Below are positions 39,473-49,060 of a stretch of 64,000 bases of DNA, in pieces. Made by a program: the position numbers and the translations under genes. The stretch is from Candidatus Bathyarchaeota archaeon (GTDB lineage Archaea > Thermoproteota > Bathyarchaeia > 40CM-2-53-6). The stretch lies in assembly GCA_963726255.1 (NCBI GenBank), contig CAVSBL010000002.1, positions 1,088,001 through 1,152,000 on the forward strand. The letters are read 5' to 3'. Within the stretch, counting starts at the first letter, position 1. Each line of letters starts with the position of its first letter. The notes under the pieces are model-generated. The model made no database searches. It worked only from the letters and a program-made list of their open reading frames with translations, and was not told the origin of the DNA.

Positions 39473-39748
39473 ATGGCCGATTCGCTGACCACGACGATTA
39501 CAATCCTTGGGGCGCTCGTCGTACTAATTGGGCTAATCTTCTGGATCCGAAGAGTTCGACAAAAAGGAGACGGCGGGCCTTTCATCGAACTTGAGAAATT
39601 GGTCAAGTGCAGGTCCTGCGGTTCTCTGATACCGGAAGGTGTCCGCAAATGCGCTTTTTGTGGCGTCTGGCAACGCCAAGAGGATTCCGGAGAACAAATA
39701 AATGGCCCAAAGAGCAATGGCACGAACGCCGCCGAAATGGCACACTAG
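39473..39748 (+). CDS. membrane-anchored zinc-ribbon protein
   Basis: N-terminal TM; CRSCG...CAFCG; stop overlaps tRNA G1. Confidence 0.7.
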   Translation: MADSLTTTITILGALVVLIGLIFWIRRVRQKGDGGPFIELEKLVKCRSCGSLIPEGVRKCAFCGVWQRQEDSGEQINGPKSNGTNAAEMAH

Positions 39749-39883
39749 CCGCCGTATGCGCATTCGCGTAGACGACAGCTCAGTGGTGGAGCAGCGGACC
39801 CTTCTCAGTAAGGGGCTGAAGCTGTTAAGCGGGCAGACACAGCTACCCGTTGGTCGCAGGTTCGAGCCCTGCCGGCGGCGCCA
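39748..39883 (+). tRNA. tRNA-Asn(GUU) with three introns (8/9: 39756-39776; 30/31: 39798-39820; 37/38: 39828-39844)
   Basis: removing three BHB-flanked inserts gives a fully paired 75-nt cloverleaf GCCGCCG...CGGCGGC-GCCA. Confidence 0.9.
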
Positions 39884-39933
39884 ATAAATCCTGCGATGAC
39901 CTTTTCTCGGCTAAAGGAGTTCCGTTCATTCAG

Positions 39934-40350
39934 ATGCGAATACGTGAATTTCAACTCAATGATTACGGCGATGTTGTGAACGTTTGGAATACAGCCGGGC
40001 TCATTCTCCGTCCAGGCGACGAATTTGAGGGAGTCAAGTTGAAGTTGCAAAGAGACCCTGACCTATTCTTGGTCGCCGAAGACGAAGATGAGATTGTGGG
40101 GGTCGTCATGGGAGCTTGGGATGGAAGGCGCGGCTGGATCAATCATCTTGCAGTGGTACCCAGTCATCAAAGACGTGGTATAGGCCAGGCGCTCATCGGG
40201 GAGGTTGAGAAACGCCTAATTGAGAAAGGGGCAAAGAAGGTTAACGCGCAGATCTACCGGTGGAACACAAAATCCTTTGATTTCTTCAAGTCAGTTGGTT
40301 ATGAGGTTCATTCCGACCTCGTAATGATAGGAAAGCACCTTAAGAAATAG
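39934..40350 (+). CDS. GNAT acetyltransferase (YpeA-like)
   Basis: DGRRGWINHLAV, QRRGIG. Confidence 0.9.
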   Translation: MRIREFQLNDYGDVVNVWNTAGLILRPGDEFEGVKLKLQRDPDLFLVAEDEDEIVGVVMGAWDGRRGWINHLAVVPSHQRRGIGQALIGEVEKRLIEKGAKKVNAQIYRWNTKSFDFFKSVGYEVHSDLVMIGKHLKK

Positions 40351-40371
40351 GACCGGCGTCTTATGCTTACG

Positions 40372-41442
40372 TTACTGCTTACTGCTTACTGCTTCTGGGA
40401 CGGGTATGTAGTCACAGATCGGTGAGGGCTTTTCGAGGATACGGTTGATTGTGACTTCGCCGATCATTCGGCAGTACTTGGTGATCTGGGCAAGGTTCCA
40501 GACGATCATTCGGAGGCTTGCAGCTGCGCTCGCGTCCTTCACGTGGGTAAGAACCCTCTGGGTTAACTTTCTCGAATCGTCCTCTGCTTCTTCTACCATT
40601 TCAATGGCTTCATTTGACATGGCGATGTCCCCGGTGAGAAGCGCCTTGACGGTGTGATTTGAAATCTTGATTGTTGCGTTGCTGAACTTCGCAATTTCGT
40701 TGAGAATTGCTTCGCTTGTTATTTCGCGGACCTTCAGGTCTAGCACTTCCTTCGCAATGTTTTCAGCGCAGTCAGCCATCTCTTCGAGTGTTTTTGCGAC
40801 CACTCTGTTTCCGGGTATGTGAAGCGGCGAGTCGATACCTATCTTTGTTCCGACACTCCTGTCTCTTATCGCCAAGAGCAGTTGTCTGACTATCAACCAG
40901 TATATTCGATCCGATTCCTCTTCCATATGGCTTACTTCGGCCGCGAGTTCGGGCCGCTTTTCGACGAGAGCCTTGATCGAGACCTCGATCATCGAGTTGA
41001 TTATGATATGCAAGCGTCGCATAAGGCCGTAGATTGGAAAGCGGGTTGGATCAACGAAGCTTTGAAGCGTAACCTGCTTCAAGGTTTGTTCAACAATGCT
41101 AAGCCCTGTAAGACGCTGAGTGGTGGCACGAATCTCCTCGAGGTGGCCTTTCTTCAATTCATCCTTTGCAACAATTTGTATCGTGTCATGACCGAGAATA
41201 TAGTTCGCTGTGATGACCCGGGTTAGGAGATTGGGGGAAGTGCAGAGGTCTGGGTTAACAATGCAGTCCTTGATTTCCTCTCGCTTATGCTCGGTCCCCG
41301 GGATTAGCTTGAGCGACCCGTCGTCTTCGCGTTTGATTGAGACAATGTCACCTGCTTTCAGTTTTACGTCTTCAACCCACTCTCGAGGCAGAGAAACAGT
41401 TAGAGTTGAATATCCAACCCTCTGAACTTTACGAGCTTCCAA
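40372..41442 (-). CDS. AbrB-PhoU transcriptional regulator
   Basis: RKVQRVG.STLTVSLP.EW plus two PhoU repeats. Confidence 0.9.
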   Translation of the reverse strand: MEARKVQRVGYSTLTVSLPREWVEDVKLKAGDIVSIKREDDGSLKLIPGTEHKREEIKDCIVNPDLCTSPNLLTRVITANYILGHDTIQIVAKDELKKGHLEEIRATTQRLTGLSIVEQTLKQVTLQSFVDPTRFPIYGLMRRLHIIINSMIEVSIKALVEKRPELAAEVSHMEEESDRIYWLIVRQLLLAIRDRSVGTKIGIDSPLHIPGNRVVAKTLEEMADCAENIAKEVLDLKVREITSEAILNEIAKFSNATIKISNHTVKALLTGDIAMSNEAIEMVEEAEDDSRKLTQRVLTHVKDASAAASLRMIVWNLAQITKYCRMIGEVTINRILEKPSPICDYIPVPEAVSSKQ

Positions 41443-41587
41443 ACTTCCGCACAGGTAATTACCGTCTAATCCCTAGAATATATACTTCCATATTGTTTCT
41501 CATGGTCTAAACTAACCTTTACCAATATAGAGGCGGCCACCCGTATTCTATACACGTAGCTAAGTCTGTAACCGAACCGGCATTACC

Positions 41588-42811
41588 CTAGCTCGCTACT
41601 GAAAAGGCGAATGAAAATACGTACTCCCCGATGCGCTTTGCACCGGCCCTTATTCTTTCTTCGGGCTCGCTGACGAAGGTCATTCTCACATGCCCTGCGC
41701 CCTTTTCGCCGAAGAAGGACCCTGGAATGACCACCACGCCTTTACTGGACATCAGATGATTGCAGAATTCCTCCTCGCTCTGCTCCATAGACTTTAGGTA
41801 TCGTTTGATGTCGACGAAGAAATAGAACGCCCCGTCGGGTCTAACAGTTTTCGCATCGGGCAAGTTCTCCCTGATAGCTTTCTCCATGCAATCTCTTCGC
41901 TTCATGTACGTAGGAATTACGAAATCGCGCAGGTATTTCTCTTTCACATCGCCGCTTAGGAAGCGAATCATTGCATTTTGGCTAAGGGTGTTCGGTGCGA
42001 GGGAGGTATACTGCTTTACCTTTTCCATCCCATCAATAAGGTCCTGTGGTCCGAGCGCATATCCCAATCTTAAGCCGGGTACCGAAGCTTCCTTAGAGAA
42101 GCTACCTACGGAGACTACTCTTTCTCGGGCACCAGGGAATGTCGTAATTCTAGGCTGGTTATCTTTTCCATAAACGATATCGCGATAGGTTGAGTCGTTG
42201 ATAATCCAGAAGTCGTGGTCAATCGCCAGGTCGACGAGCCCCTTGACAAAGTCAGGTCGGACTATCCGGCCTGTGGGATTGTCCGGGCTGAGGAGAACAA
42301 TTGCCTTCGTCCGTTTGGTTACCAGCGACTTCAGTAATTCAAGGTTAGGCTGGTATCCGTCTTCCACGCGTACAGGCAGTTTAATGATGCGCGCCCCAGC
42401 CAACTGAGCCGCTTCCAAATAACCGAGGTAAGTTGGGTCGGTTACGATTAGCTCGTCGTTCTTGTTGAAAATTGAGAGGTAGGCGATGAATATGGCTTCA
42501 GTGGCACCGTCCGCCAAAATGACTTCCTTTTCTGGACCATACCTCGTGCCTTGATGCTTCGCCCAATCATCAGCAATGAGCTTCCTCAATTCAAAGTAAC
42601 CGCGCGTTCCGGTATAGGCTGTGGTCCCCTGCGGATCATGCGTGATTCTCTTCACTATTTCTTCAGAGACTTCTTTCGGCGGGGGAAGACTTGGTCCTCC
42701 GCCTCCAAAAGAGATGAGTTCCTTTCTCTTGCTTGCTTCGGCCAGAAGAGCGGTGACGCGGCGGATGGGTGAGATATGAAGGGAGGTAACACGGTCCGAG
42801 AGAGTTACCAT
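41588..42811 (-). CDS. class I/II PLP aminotransferase
   Basis: SPDNPTG, SFSK...PGLRLG. Confidence 0.93.
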   Translation of the reverse strand: MVTLSDRVTSLHISPIRRVTALLAEASKRKELISFGGGGPSLPPPKEVSEEIVKRITHDPQGTTAYTGTRGYFELRKLIADDWAKHQGTRYGPEKEVILADGATEAIFIAYLSIFNKNDELIVTDPTYLGYLEAAQLAGARIIKLPVRVEDGYQPNLELLKSLVTKRTKAIVLLSPDNPTGRIVRPDFVKGLVDLAIDHDFWIINDSTYRDIVYGKDNQPRITTFPGARERVVSVGSFSKEASVPGLRLGYALGPQDLIDGMEKVKQYTSLAPNTLSQNAMIRFLSGDVKEKYLRDFVIPTYMKRRDCMEKAIRENLPDAKTVRPDGAFYFFVDIKRYLKSMEQSEEEFCNHLMSSKGVVVIPGSFFGEKGAGHVRMTFVSEPEERIRAGAKRIGEYVFSFAFSVAS

Positions 42812-42942
42812 CTCACTATGCCTACTTCTGGAGCGCGGGTTTACTTGGGCTCAGTATAAGCTTTCCAAAATAATGTAATTACACTAAATGCCAAGAGAAT
42901 ACGACTGAGACAATAATTAGAAGTGCAGGAGGCGCCGGTTCG

Positions 42943-43386
42943 TTGTGTCGAAACTTTGTTGAGGACGGTGGCTGTTATGCGACCGGTGGGAAATGCCTCT
43001 TGGGGCTGAGCGGCGCCTTGGCGAGGAACAAGGATGGTGCTTGTGAACTCCACGGGAACCTTGATGTGTGGCTGACAGAGAAGAACGACCTTCTCATTAC
43101 TGACCTAGGTTTTCCATCCGAGGAACCAAAACAATGCCTGGCACTTGGTGTAAATGAAACTCTGGCCAGAGAAATCGCAGCGAACAAAGCACATCAGCTC
43201 CAAACATCGATCCTCACAAGCGAGCGCAGATGTTCGAAATGCCAGAGGAGCTACTGGGTTAGTGAACACAGCCGCTCGACCGGACTTCTTGAAATTGGCG
43301 CTAGGTACTTCTGCCCGGATTGCATTGACAAGGAAAGTGCAAGTGTTGAGGGGAAGGTGGGAGTTCAGCGATACTGGTGCGGATGA
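42943..43386 (+). CDS. Cys-rich hypothetical protein
   Basis: multiple Cys incl. CSKC, CPDC. Confidence 0.55.
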   Translation: MCRNFVEDGGCYATGGKCLLGLSGALARNKDGACELHGNLDVWLTEKNDLLITDLGFPSEEPKQCLALGVNETLAREIAANKAHQLQTSILTSERRCSKCQRSYWVSEHSRSTGLLEIGARYFCPDCIDKESASVEGKVGVQRYWCG

Positions 43387-43392
43387 TTTCGT

Positions 43393-44025
43393 TTACTGTG
43401 TGGCCCATGTGGGAATGCAATGGAAAGGTGATTTGGCTTCGAATTCGGGGATTGGGTTGGACCTGACAAACTCCCTTCCCTTAGTCAACGCCAAATAATT
43501 CAATGACATCAGGCTTTCCTTCTTCCCTGCCAAGAAATACTTCAACGATTCTTTTACGCGGGCATCAGTAACTTGTGGGTGGCACAACTGAATGAAGGCA
43601 CCGTACATTACTGCGTTAGCAAACATCTTCGTATCCTGCACCTCCGTTGGAAACTCACTCCTCAATTTATCTGCAATCTCCGTTGCTGGAATACCGAGCG
43701 CCTTGACATCATCGCGGTCGACATCAGTGGCTATTAGCGACGTGTTGTAGAGGACCAATCCGTTCGACCGAAGGTAGTTGAGGAAATCCATTGATGGTTG
43801 GTTCATGATTATTTCAACGTCGGGTTCCTCGGCTATCGGGTTGTCAACTTCCTCGTCCGAGATTACGACATAGCATTTTGCTTTCCCACCACGGGTCTCG
43901 GGGCCGTAGGATGGAGTGTATGCGACATGTTTGCCCTCTAGCATAGCCGTGTAGGCTATGTAGTCGCTGAGGAGCAGGACGCCCTGGCCACCGTGCCCAG
44001 CTATGAGAACCTTGGTCTTGGTCAT
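43393..44025 (-). CDS. 2-oxoacid:ferredoxin oxidoreductase gamma subunit
   Basis: AGHGGQG, PSYGPETRGG. Confidence 0.93.
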   Translation of the reverse strand: MTKTKVLIAGHGGQGVLLLSDYIAYTAMLEGKHVAYTPSYGPETRGGKAKCYVVISDEEVDNPIAEEPDVEIIMNQPSMDFLNYLRSNGLVLYNTSLIATDVDRDDVKALGIPATEIADKLRSEFPTEVQDTKMFANAVMYGAFIQLCHPQVTDARVKESLKYFLAGKKESLMSLNYLALTKGREFVRSNPIPEFEAKSPFHCIPTWATQ

Positions 44026-44822
44026 TGCTTCTCAACTCCGAACTTATCCTTGTACACGCCAAGCGGGAACTTCTTGGCCATGTGCTCGTACACGAATCGC
44101 TTCGCATCTAGGATTGGCAACTTCCAGTTTATCGAGCAGGTGCTCAGAAGTTCAACGAAGGCGAACCCGCCTAATTCCTGGACTTTGAAGGCGTTCTGGA
44201 CAGATTTCTTCGCGTCGAGGAGGTTCTTAATCGTGTACACATTGCCCCTCGGGCTCGAAATCTCTTGAACTGCTAGGCTTGCACGTTTCACATAGGCTGC
44301 ACCGTCTATTCCTGAGAGAAGCTTTGAAACATCGAGCTCGGTTCCTGTCATGGCTGCGTCCCTTCCGAAGGGTGTCGTCGTTGTGACCTGCCCTTCCAGT
44401 GTTGTGGGGGCCATTTGGCCGCCGGTCATGCCATAGATTGCGTTGTTTACAAGGAACACTGTGATCGGAGTGTTTCTCTGCGCTGCGTAGACCAATTCCA
44501 GAAGGCCGATCGATGCAGCGTCCCCGTCCCCCTGAACTGTAAAGACGGTCAGTTCTGGCTTGATCCTCTTTAGGCCTGTAGCAACTGCTGGCGCCCTTCC
44601 GTGGGCCGCCACGATATGGTCGCAGTTGAAGTAATTGTAGGCCAGAACGCTGCAACCTACTGAGTCTATCATAACCGTTTTTTCGCGGATTCCTAGTTCA
44701 TCCATAGCGGCCGCGATTAGTCGCGTTAGTGTTCCATGTTCGCATCCTGCGCAGTAGTGCGTTGGGTTGTCGGTCAGGGATTCTAGTTTGCCAACCTTTG
44801 TCTTGAGGGTGATTTGGCTCAT
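44022..44822 (-). CDS. 2-oxoacid:ferredoxin oxidoreductase beta (TPP) subunit
   Basis: YCAGC, HGRA, GDGD, NNAIYGMTGGQ. Confidence 0.93.
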   Translation of the reverse strand: MSQITLKTKVGKLESLTDNPTHYCAGCEHGTLTRLIAAAMDELGIREKTVMIDSVGCSVLAYNYFNCDHIVAAHGRAPAVATGLKRIKPELTVFTVQGDGDAASIGLLELVYAAQRNTPITVFLVNNAIYGMTGGQMAPTTLEGQVTTTTPFGRDAAMTGTELDVSKLLSGIDGAAYVKRASLAVQEISSPRGNVYTIKNLLDAKKSVQNAFKVQELGGFAFVELLSTCSINWKLPILDAKRFVYEHMAKKFPLGVYKDKFGVEKQ

Positions 44823-45895
44823 GCTGCAACAACCTCCAGTCGTCGGAGTTTGCTTTCTATTTCGGCTTCGGTTGGGACGATTCCACCCCACTTGCCTAGA
44901 AAGTCGACTGTGACTCCTTCGCCAACCGCTAGTCTCACGTCTTCGTACATCTGGCCGGTGTTCAATTCAATGTCCAAGAATTGTTTTCCTTCTGATGCAA
45001 GTTTTCTGAGTGCAAGCGTGGGAAATGGCCAGAGGGTGATTGGTCTGAAGAGGCCGACCTTAACGCCTTTCGAACGAAGTCGATTGATGACGCCCTTTGC
45101 GATGCGTGACACAATTCCGAAGGCGACGATGACCTTCTCCGCATCTTCTGTCATGTAAGCTTCAAACCTGACCTCATTCGCTTCAGCTTGCTTGTACTTC
45201 TCGAAAATCCTGCCCATGTGTTTGTAGTGCTTTTGGTAATCGAGTTCAAGCGAATTAAGTATGTGCGGCCCGCGGCCCTTGGCGCCAGTAGCCGCCCAAG
45301 AAGAGACATCGTACTTCTCCGGCGTGAACTCGGGGAACACGACGTCCTCTTTCAGTTGCCCTGTGAAGGCGTCTCCCAGAATTAGTGCTGGGTTTCGGTA
45401 CTTGAAGGCTAGGTCGAAGCCAATTCTTGGGAAGAGGGCCATCTCTTGGACTGAGGCTGGGGCTAGGACAAATAGCCGGTAATCCCCATGGCCGCCTCCT
45501 TTTGTTGATTGGAAGTAGTCGCTCTGTTCCGGACCAAGGTTTCCTAGGCCCGGCCCTGCCCGGCAGATGTCGACGACCAAGAATGGAAGCTCCATTCCAG
45601 CCGCATACGACAACCCCTCCTGTTTCAGGCTGAACCCGGGGCTAGAGGTCGCGGTCATCGCTCGTACTCCACCTGACGCGGCCCCGATGACCATGTTGAT
45701 GGCTTCTAGTTCACTCGCAGCCTGCAGGAAAAATTTGAAATCTGGGTATTTCTTGTTGCCAAACTCTCTTGCTAGGGTTTCCGGAATTTCACTGGATGGG
45801 GTAATTGGGTAGGCGAAGTACGCATTGAGCCCGGCCTCGAGTGCTCCGTATGCCACGGCCTCGTTGCCTTTCAGGTAAACTCGTTGCTTCGGCAT
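44819..45895 (-). CDS. 2-oxoacid:ferredoxin oxidoreductase alpha subunit (Vor-like)
   Basis: GNEA, YPITPS, TSSPG, RAGPGLG, GGGHG. Confidence 0.93.
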   Translation of the reverse strand: MPKQRVYLKGNEAVAYGALEAGLNAYFAYPITPSSEIPETLAREFGNKKYPDFKFFLQAASELEAINMVIGAASGGVRAMTATSSPGFSLKQEGLSYAAGMELPFLVVDICRAGPGLGNLGPEQSDYFQSTKGGGHGDYRLFVLAPASVQEMALFPRIGFDLAFKYRNPALILGDAFTGQLKEDVVFPEFTPEKYDVSSWAATGAKGRGPHILNSLELDYQKHYKHMGRIFEKYKQAEANEVRFEAYMTEDAEKVIVAFGIVSRIAKGVINRLRSKGVKVGLFRPITLWPFPTLALRKLASEGKQFLDIELNTGQMYEDVRLAVGEGVTVDFLGKWGGIVPTEAEIESKLRRLEVVAA

Positions 45896-46147
45896 CTATG
45901 CTTTCACCTGGACCTCACTGATAGCGAAATCGGGGCAGACCCAATAGCAGATGGCGCATCCCGTGCACTCACCCTTTGTCCCGCGATACGTAAATTCGGC
46001 TGGGTGGAAGCCAGCATGATTCAGCTTCGTAGAGAGCTTCAGGTTTCCTTGCGGGCAAGTAACGACGCACAGTTCGCATGCTTTGCAGCGCTCATCCAAG
46101 ATCTTTACTGAGGCTCTAGGTTGAAGAATCGTTGCGGTTTCGGTCAA
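45896..46147 (-). CDS. 2x[4Fe-4S] ferredoxin (delta subunit)
   Basis: two CxxCxxCxxxCP motifs. Confidence 0.92.
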   Translation of the reverse strand: MTETATILQPRASVKILDERCKACELCVVTCPQGNLKLSTKLNHAGFHPAEFTYRGTKGECTGCAICYWVCPDFAISEVQVKA

Positions 46148-46563
46148 GCCTTCACGACCTCCTTCTTATCAACGAAATTTTCCAACACGTAACGGAGCAT
46201 AGCGTAATGCTGTTCTTCATCCAAAGCGAGCATCGTGAACAAGGTCTTTAAGTGCGGGTCTCTGACCTGCGATGTCGCTGAAGTGAAGAGTCGTAGCGCG
46301 TTTTCCTCCATGTCCATCAAGCGCAGTAATTCTTCCCGACTTTCGTTGACGGGTGCAAGTCCTTCCCACTGGTTTGTGGCGAGGTAGCTGATTGCGCAGT
46401 TGATGACATCGGCATGTTGCATGGTGTCCCGCATGAGTTTGGTGTAGAGAATCTTGACGACGCTGTGCTTGGTTTCTCTGACCTTCTTGGCATAGACTTC
46501 GGTTTCATGTTCTTCGTGGTCTAGCTGCTCATGCAGCAAAGCCAAGAGTTGCTCGTTTCGCAT
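46144..46563 (-). CDS. ferritin/rubrerythrin-like protein
   Basis: E..E, DTMQH, EE, DEEQH. Confidence 0.78.
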   Translation of the reverse strand: MRNEQLLALLHEQLDHEEHETEVYAKKVRETKHSVVKILYTKLMRDTMQHADVINCAISYLATNQWEGLAPVNESREELLRLMDMEENALRLFTSATSQVRDPHLKTLFTMLALDEEQHYAMLRYVLENFVDKKEVVKA

Positions 46564-46647
46564 ACGCCTGTCGCGAGAAAGCAGCCAGGTAATTACTCTT
46601 AGCGGTTCTGCTAGTATTCTATGTATTGTATCGACCCGTTGGTGGCA

Positions 46648-47871
46648 TCACGTCGTTTCTCGCGGCTTCACTAGCAGCAAAGCCGAAACTGCACCAAACA
46701 ACGCTGCCGCGCTGCCAGCCATAAGCGCGAAGAAGAACCCCTTCGTGACTTCCAGAATGTAACCAGTCAAGACGGCCACGACGATTCCGGCGACGTTTCC
46801 CCCGAAGTTTTGAACGCCACCCATCGTCCCCGTGAACTTCTTCGGTGTCGCTTCAACTAGCGCAACCCAGAGTGATGGCGTTGCGAATCCGAGAGCTGCT
46901 CCTGCGAGGCTCAAGGCAAACAATGCGGAGTAGGGATCTGGGGCGTAAGCGGTCGCGAACAGCATAATTGATGCCCACACCATTCCGAGCGCAAAGAGCT
47001 TGTTCCGGAGTCCAACTGGGGAACCGCCCCGTTTTACAAGATAGTCTGAAACTACGCCACCAACCAGAAGCAATGTCACAACAGCGGATAACAGCGGAAG
47101 GGTTGAGAAGATACCCGCGTTGAGAATTGTGAACTTCTGTTCACGAACAAGATACGTGGGCAGCCAGAGGTTCAAGTAGTAGGCCACATACCCCTGACCG
47201 AAGCTAGCTAAGGTAAGTCCCAACCCCAAAGGACTGATCACTACAGGGATGCTTCCGCGAAGGTCCGTTTTCTGTTTCAGTCCCTTTCTTGGTATCCGCC
47301 CTCGAGGGTTGTCCTCGAATACAAGAAGCCATACGGCACACCAAAAAAGCCCGAGAAGCCCTGTAGCGAAAAATGCCCATGGCCAGCCGTATACGACGGC
47401 CAACCATGCTGCGAACGGAAAGGCGAGCACAGGACCTAGTCGGCCGCCTGCGATCCAAATCGATGTTGCTCGCGCCCGCTCTTCCTTCTTGTACCATCCG
47501 GAGGAGGATACCTTCGCCCCAGACACAAAGTTTGGTGCTTGGGTGACGCCGAGAGCGGCGCGGAGCGCGAAGAGGGCGAAGAAGGAGTTTGCGAATCCTG
47601 TGGCAATGGTTAGTATTGATGTAGCTAACCCGCCGACAAATAGGCTCAGCTTCGCGCCGAACCGGTCTGTGAGAAGACCGGCAACTGGCTGAAGAAGCGT
47701 ATAGATCCATAGGAATGCTGAGAGTGTGAGTCCCAGTTGGAAATCGGACATGTGGAGATCGCTTTGGAGGATCGGCGCAACTGGCGACAAGTTGACCCGG
47801 AGTACGAAGGTTACGAAGATTCCTGCACTCGTGAGAATGGCCATGGTCCAGCGGTTGCGTAGTGGGTCCAT
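46648..47871 (-). CDS. MFS transporter (ACS-like)
   Basis: ~12 TM; GLLTDRFG, ERARA. Confidence 0.92.
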   Translation of the reverse strand: MDPLRNRWTMAILTSAGIFVTFVLRVNLSPVAPILQSDLHMSDFQLGLTLSAFLWIYTLLQPVAGLLTDRFGAKLSLFVGGLATSILTIATGFANSFFALFALRAALGVTQAPNFVSGAKVSSSGWYKKEERARATSIWIAGGRLGPVLAFPFAAWLAVVYGWPWAFFATGLLGLFWCAVWLLVFEDNPRGRIPRKGLKQKTDLRGSIPVVISPLGLGLTLASFGQGYVAYYLNLWLPTYLVREQKFTILNAGIFSTLPLLSAVVTLLLVGGVVSDYLVKRGGSPVGLRNKLFALGMVWASIMLFATAYAPDPYSALFALSLAGAALGFATPSLWVALVEATPKKFTGTMGGVQNFGGNVAGIVVAVLTGYILEVTKGFFFALMAGSAAALFGAVSALLLVKPRETT

Positions 47872-47893
47872 CTCGTGCCCTCAGTGCGCTTCT

Positions 47894-48679
47894 TTACTGT
47901 GGGACCGGGACCATGTTGGCAAGCGCCATATCTGACAGAGTGTACTTCCTAAGATTGGCGATTTGCGGCTGGGTCAGGGTTGTACAAGCAAATCCCCAGT
48001 GGAACGATATCCAATCCCCCGGCCTGGCGCCTCTCACAAAACTTCGGCCTTGAACGTCGGCGAGAACCTTGGTCTTGGTTGTTTCACCCAAGGATAAGCG
48101 GCCGTTGATGCGTAGGACCGGTTCGTACTCGACGATCAAATTTCCCTTGTCGTCGGCTTCCAGTATTTTTCCCCAAGAGATGCGGCACTTGTCCATCAAT
48201 GCTCCCACCTCATCATCAAGTCCAGTGGCGTTCGCAAACGCATCCGGAACATTGCCACTCATTGAGAAAGCGTTGAAGACGTGAAGTGCGTGGTGGGGAA
48301 AAGCGGCGTACGGCTGCGTATCGAATAGTTTCTTTATTTGCTCCTTCGAGAATTTTGCCTTCAACCGTTCCCTTAGGTGGTCATAGAATTCCCCGGGCGA
48401 AATCTTCTCAAGAAGATCATTTCCGATCCAGTAGGCTTCGACGGCGCGGTAATCGAAGGGGTTGTCGGCCCCCACAGACTTGGCGATGAAACGAAGATAA
48501 GGGTAGGCAGCCTGGAAGCCTTCCAAGGCTTTGATCAATTTCTTGCTAGGCTTGTTGCTCAAACACGCGTCGAGTAGGACGTCGTTTTCATCTGGTCCGC
48601 AATAGCCCAAGCGGTTCGGCATGAAGCTATGTCGGGCAGCGAGAATTGCTCCGTCGACTCCACGTGAACTCAACTCCAT
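47894..48679 (-). CDS. DUF6390-like hyp-associated protein
   Basis: PNRLGYCGP, EAYWIGN, PHH..HV, DKCRISWG, HWGFAC. Confidence 0.75.
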   Translation of the reverse strand: MELSSRGVDGAILAARHSFMPNRLGYCGPDENDVLLDACLSNKPSKKLIKALEGFQAAYPYLRFIAKSVGADNPFDYRAVEAYWIGNDLLEKISPGEFYDHLRERLKAKFSKEQIKKLFDTQPYAAFPHHALHVFNAFSMSGNVPDAFANATGLDDEVGALMDKCRISWGKILEADDKGNLIVEYEPVLRINGRLSLGETTKTKVLADVQGRSFVRGARPGDWISFHWGFACTTLTQPQIANLRKYTLSDMALANMVPVPQ

Positions 48680-48689
48680 GCCCCGCCTT

Positions 48690-48917
48690 CTAACTTCCTT
48701 GCAGTTCGCGAATTATCTTCCAAGCTTCCAGCGTCTCTTCTGCCTCTCGGTTAGAGAGAACCCTAATTGCGAAACCGCCTTGAACTAGAACATAGTTGCC
48801 AATCTGCGCATTGACGAGGGAGATGTTCACGTTGTCCCTTACGCCGTCGGCGCCGTAATCCACCGATGCAGAGTCACCCCTGATCGCCACGACTTTGCCG
48901 GGGAAACTGAGGCACAC
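48690..48917 (-). CDS. hypC: HypC/HupF family chaperone
   Basis: MCLSFPGKV...G.YVLVQGGFA. Confidence 0.88.
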   Translation of the reverse strand: MCLSFPGKVVAIRGDSASVDYGADGVRDNVNISLVNAQIGNYVLVQGGFAIRVLSNREAEETLEAWKIIRELQGS

Positions 48918-49060
48918 CGTGGGACACTCCTATAGGTACCTGTTTTCCAAGGCTATATGTTTGTAATGCTGTCCCCAAGATTGGGATGGGGATTTGCTCC
49001 GGAAATCAGCAACCACCTTCATAACCCGATATACCCAAGCCCGGCCTAGGTGCGTTAGAA

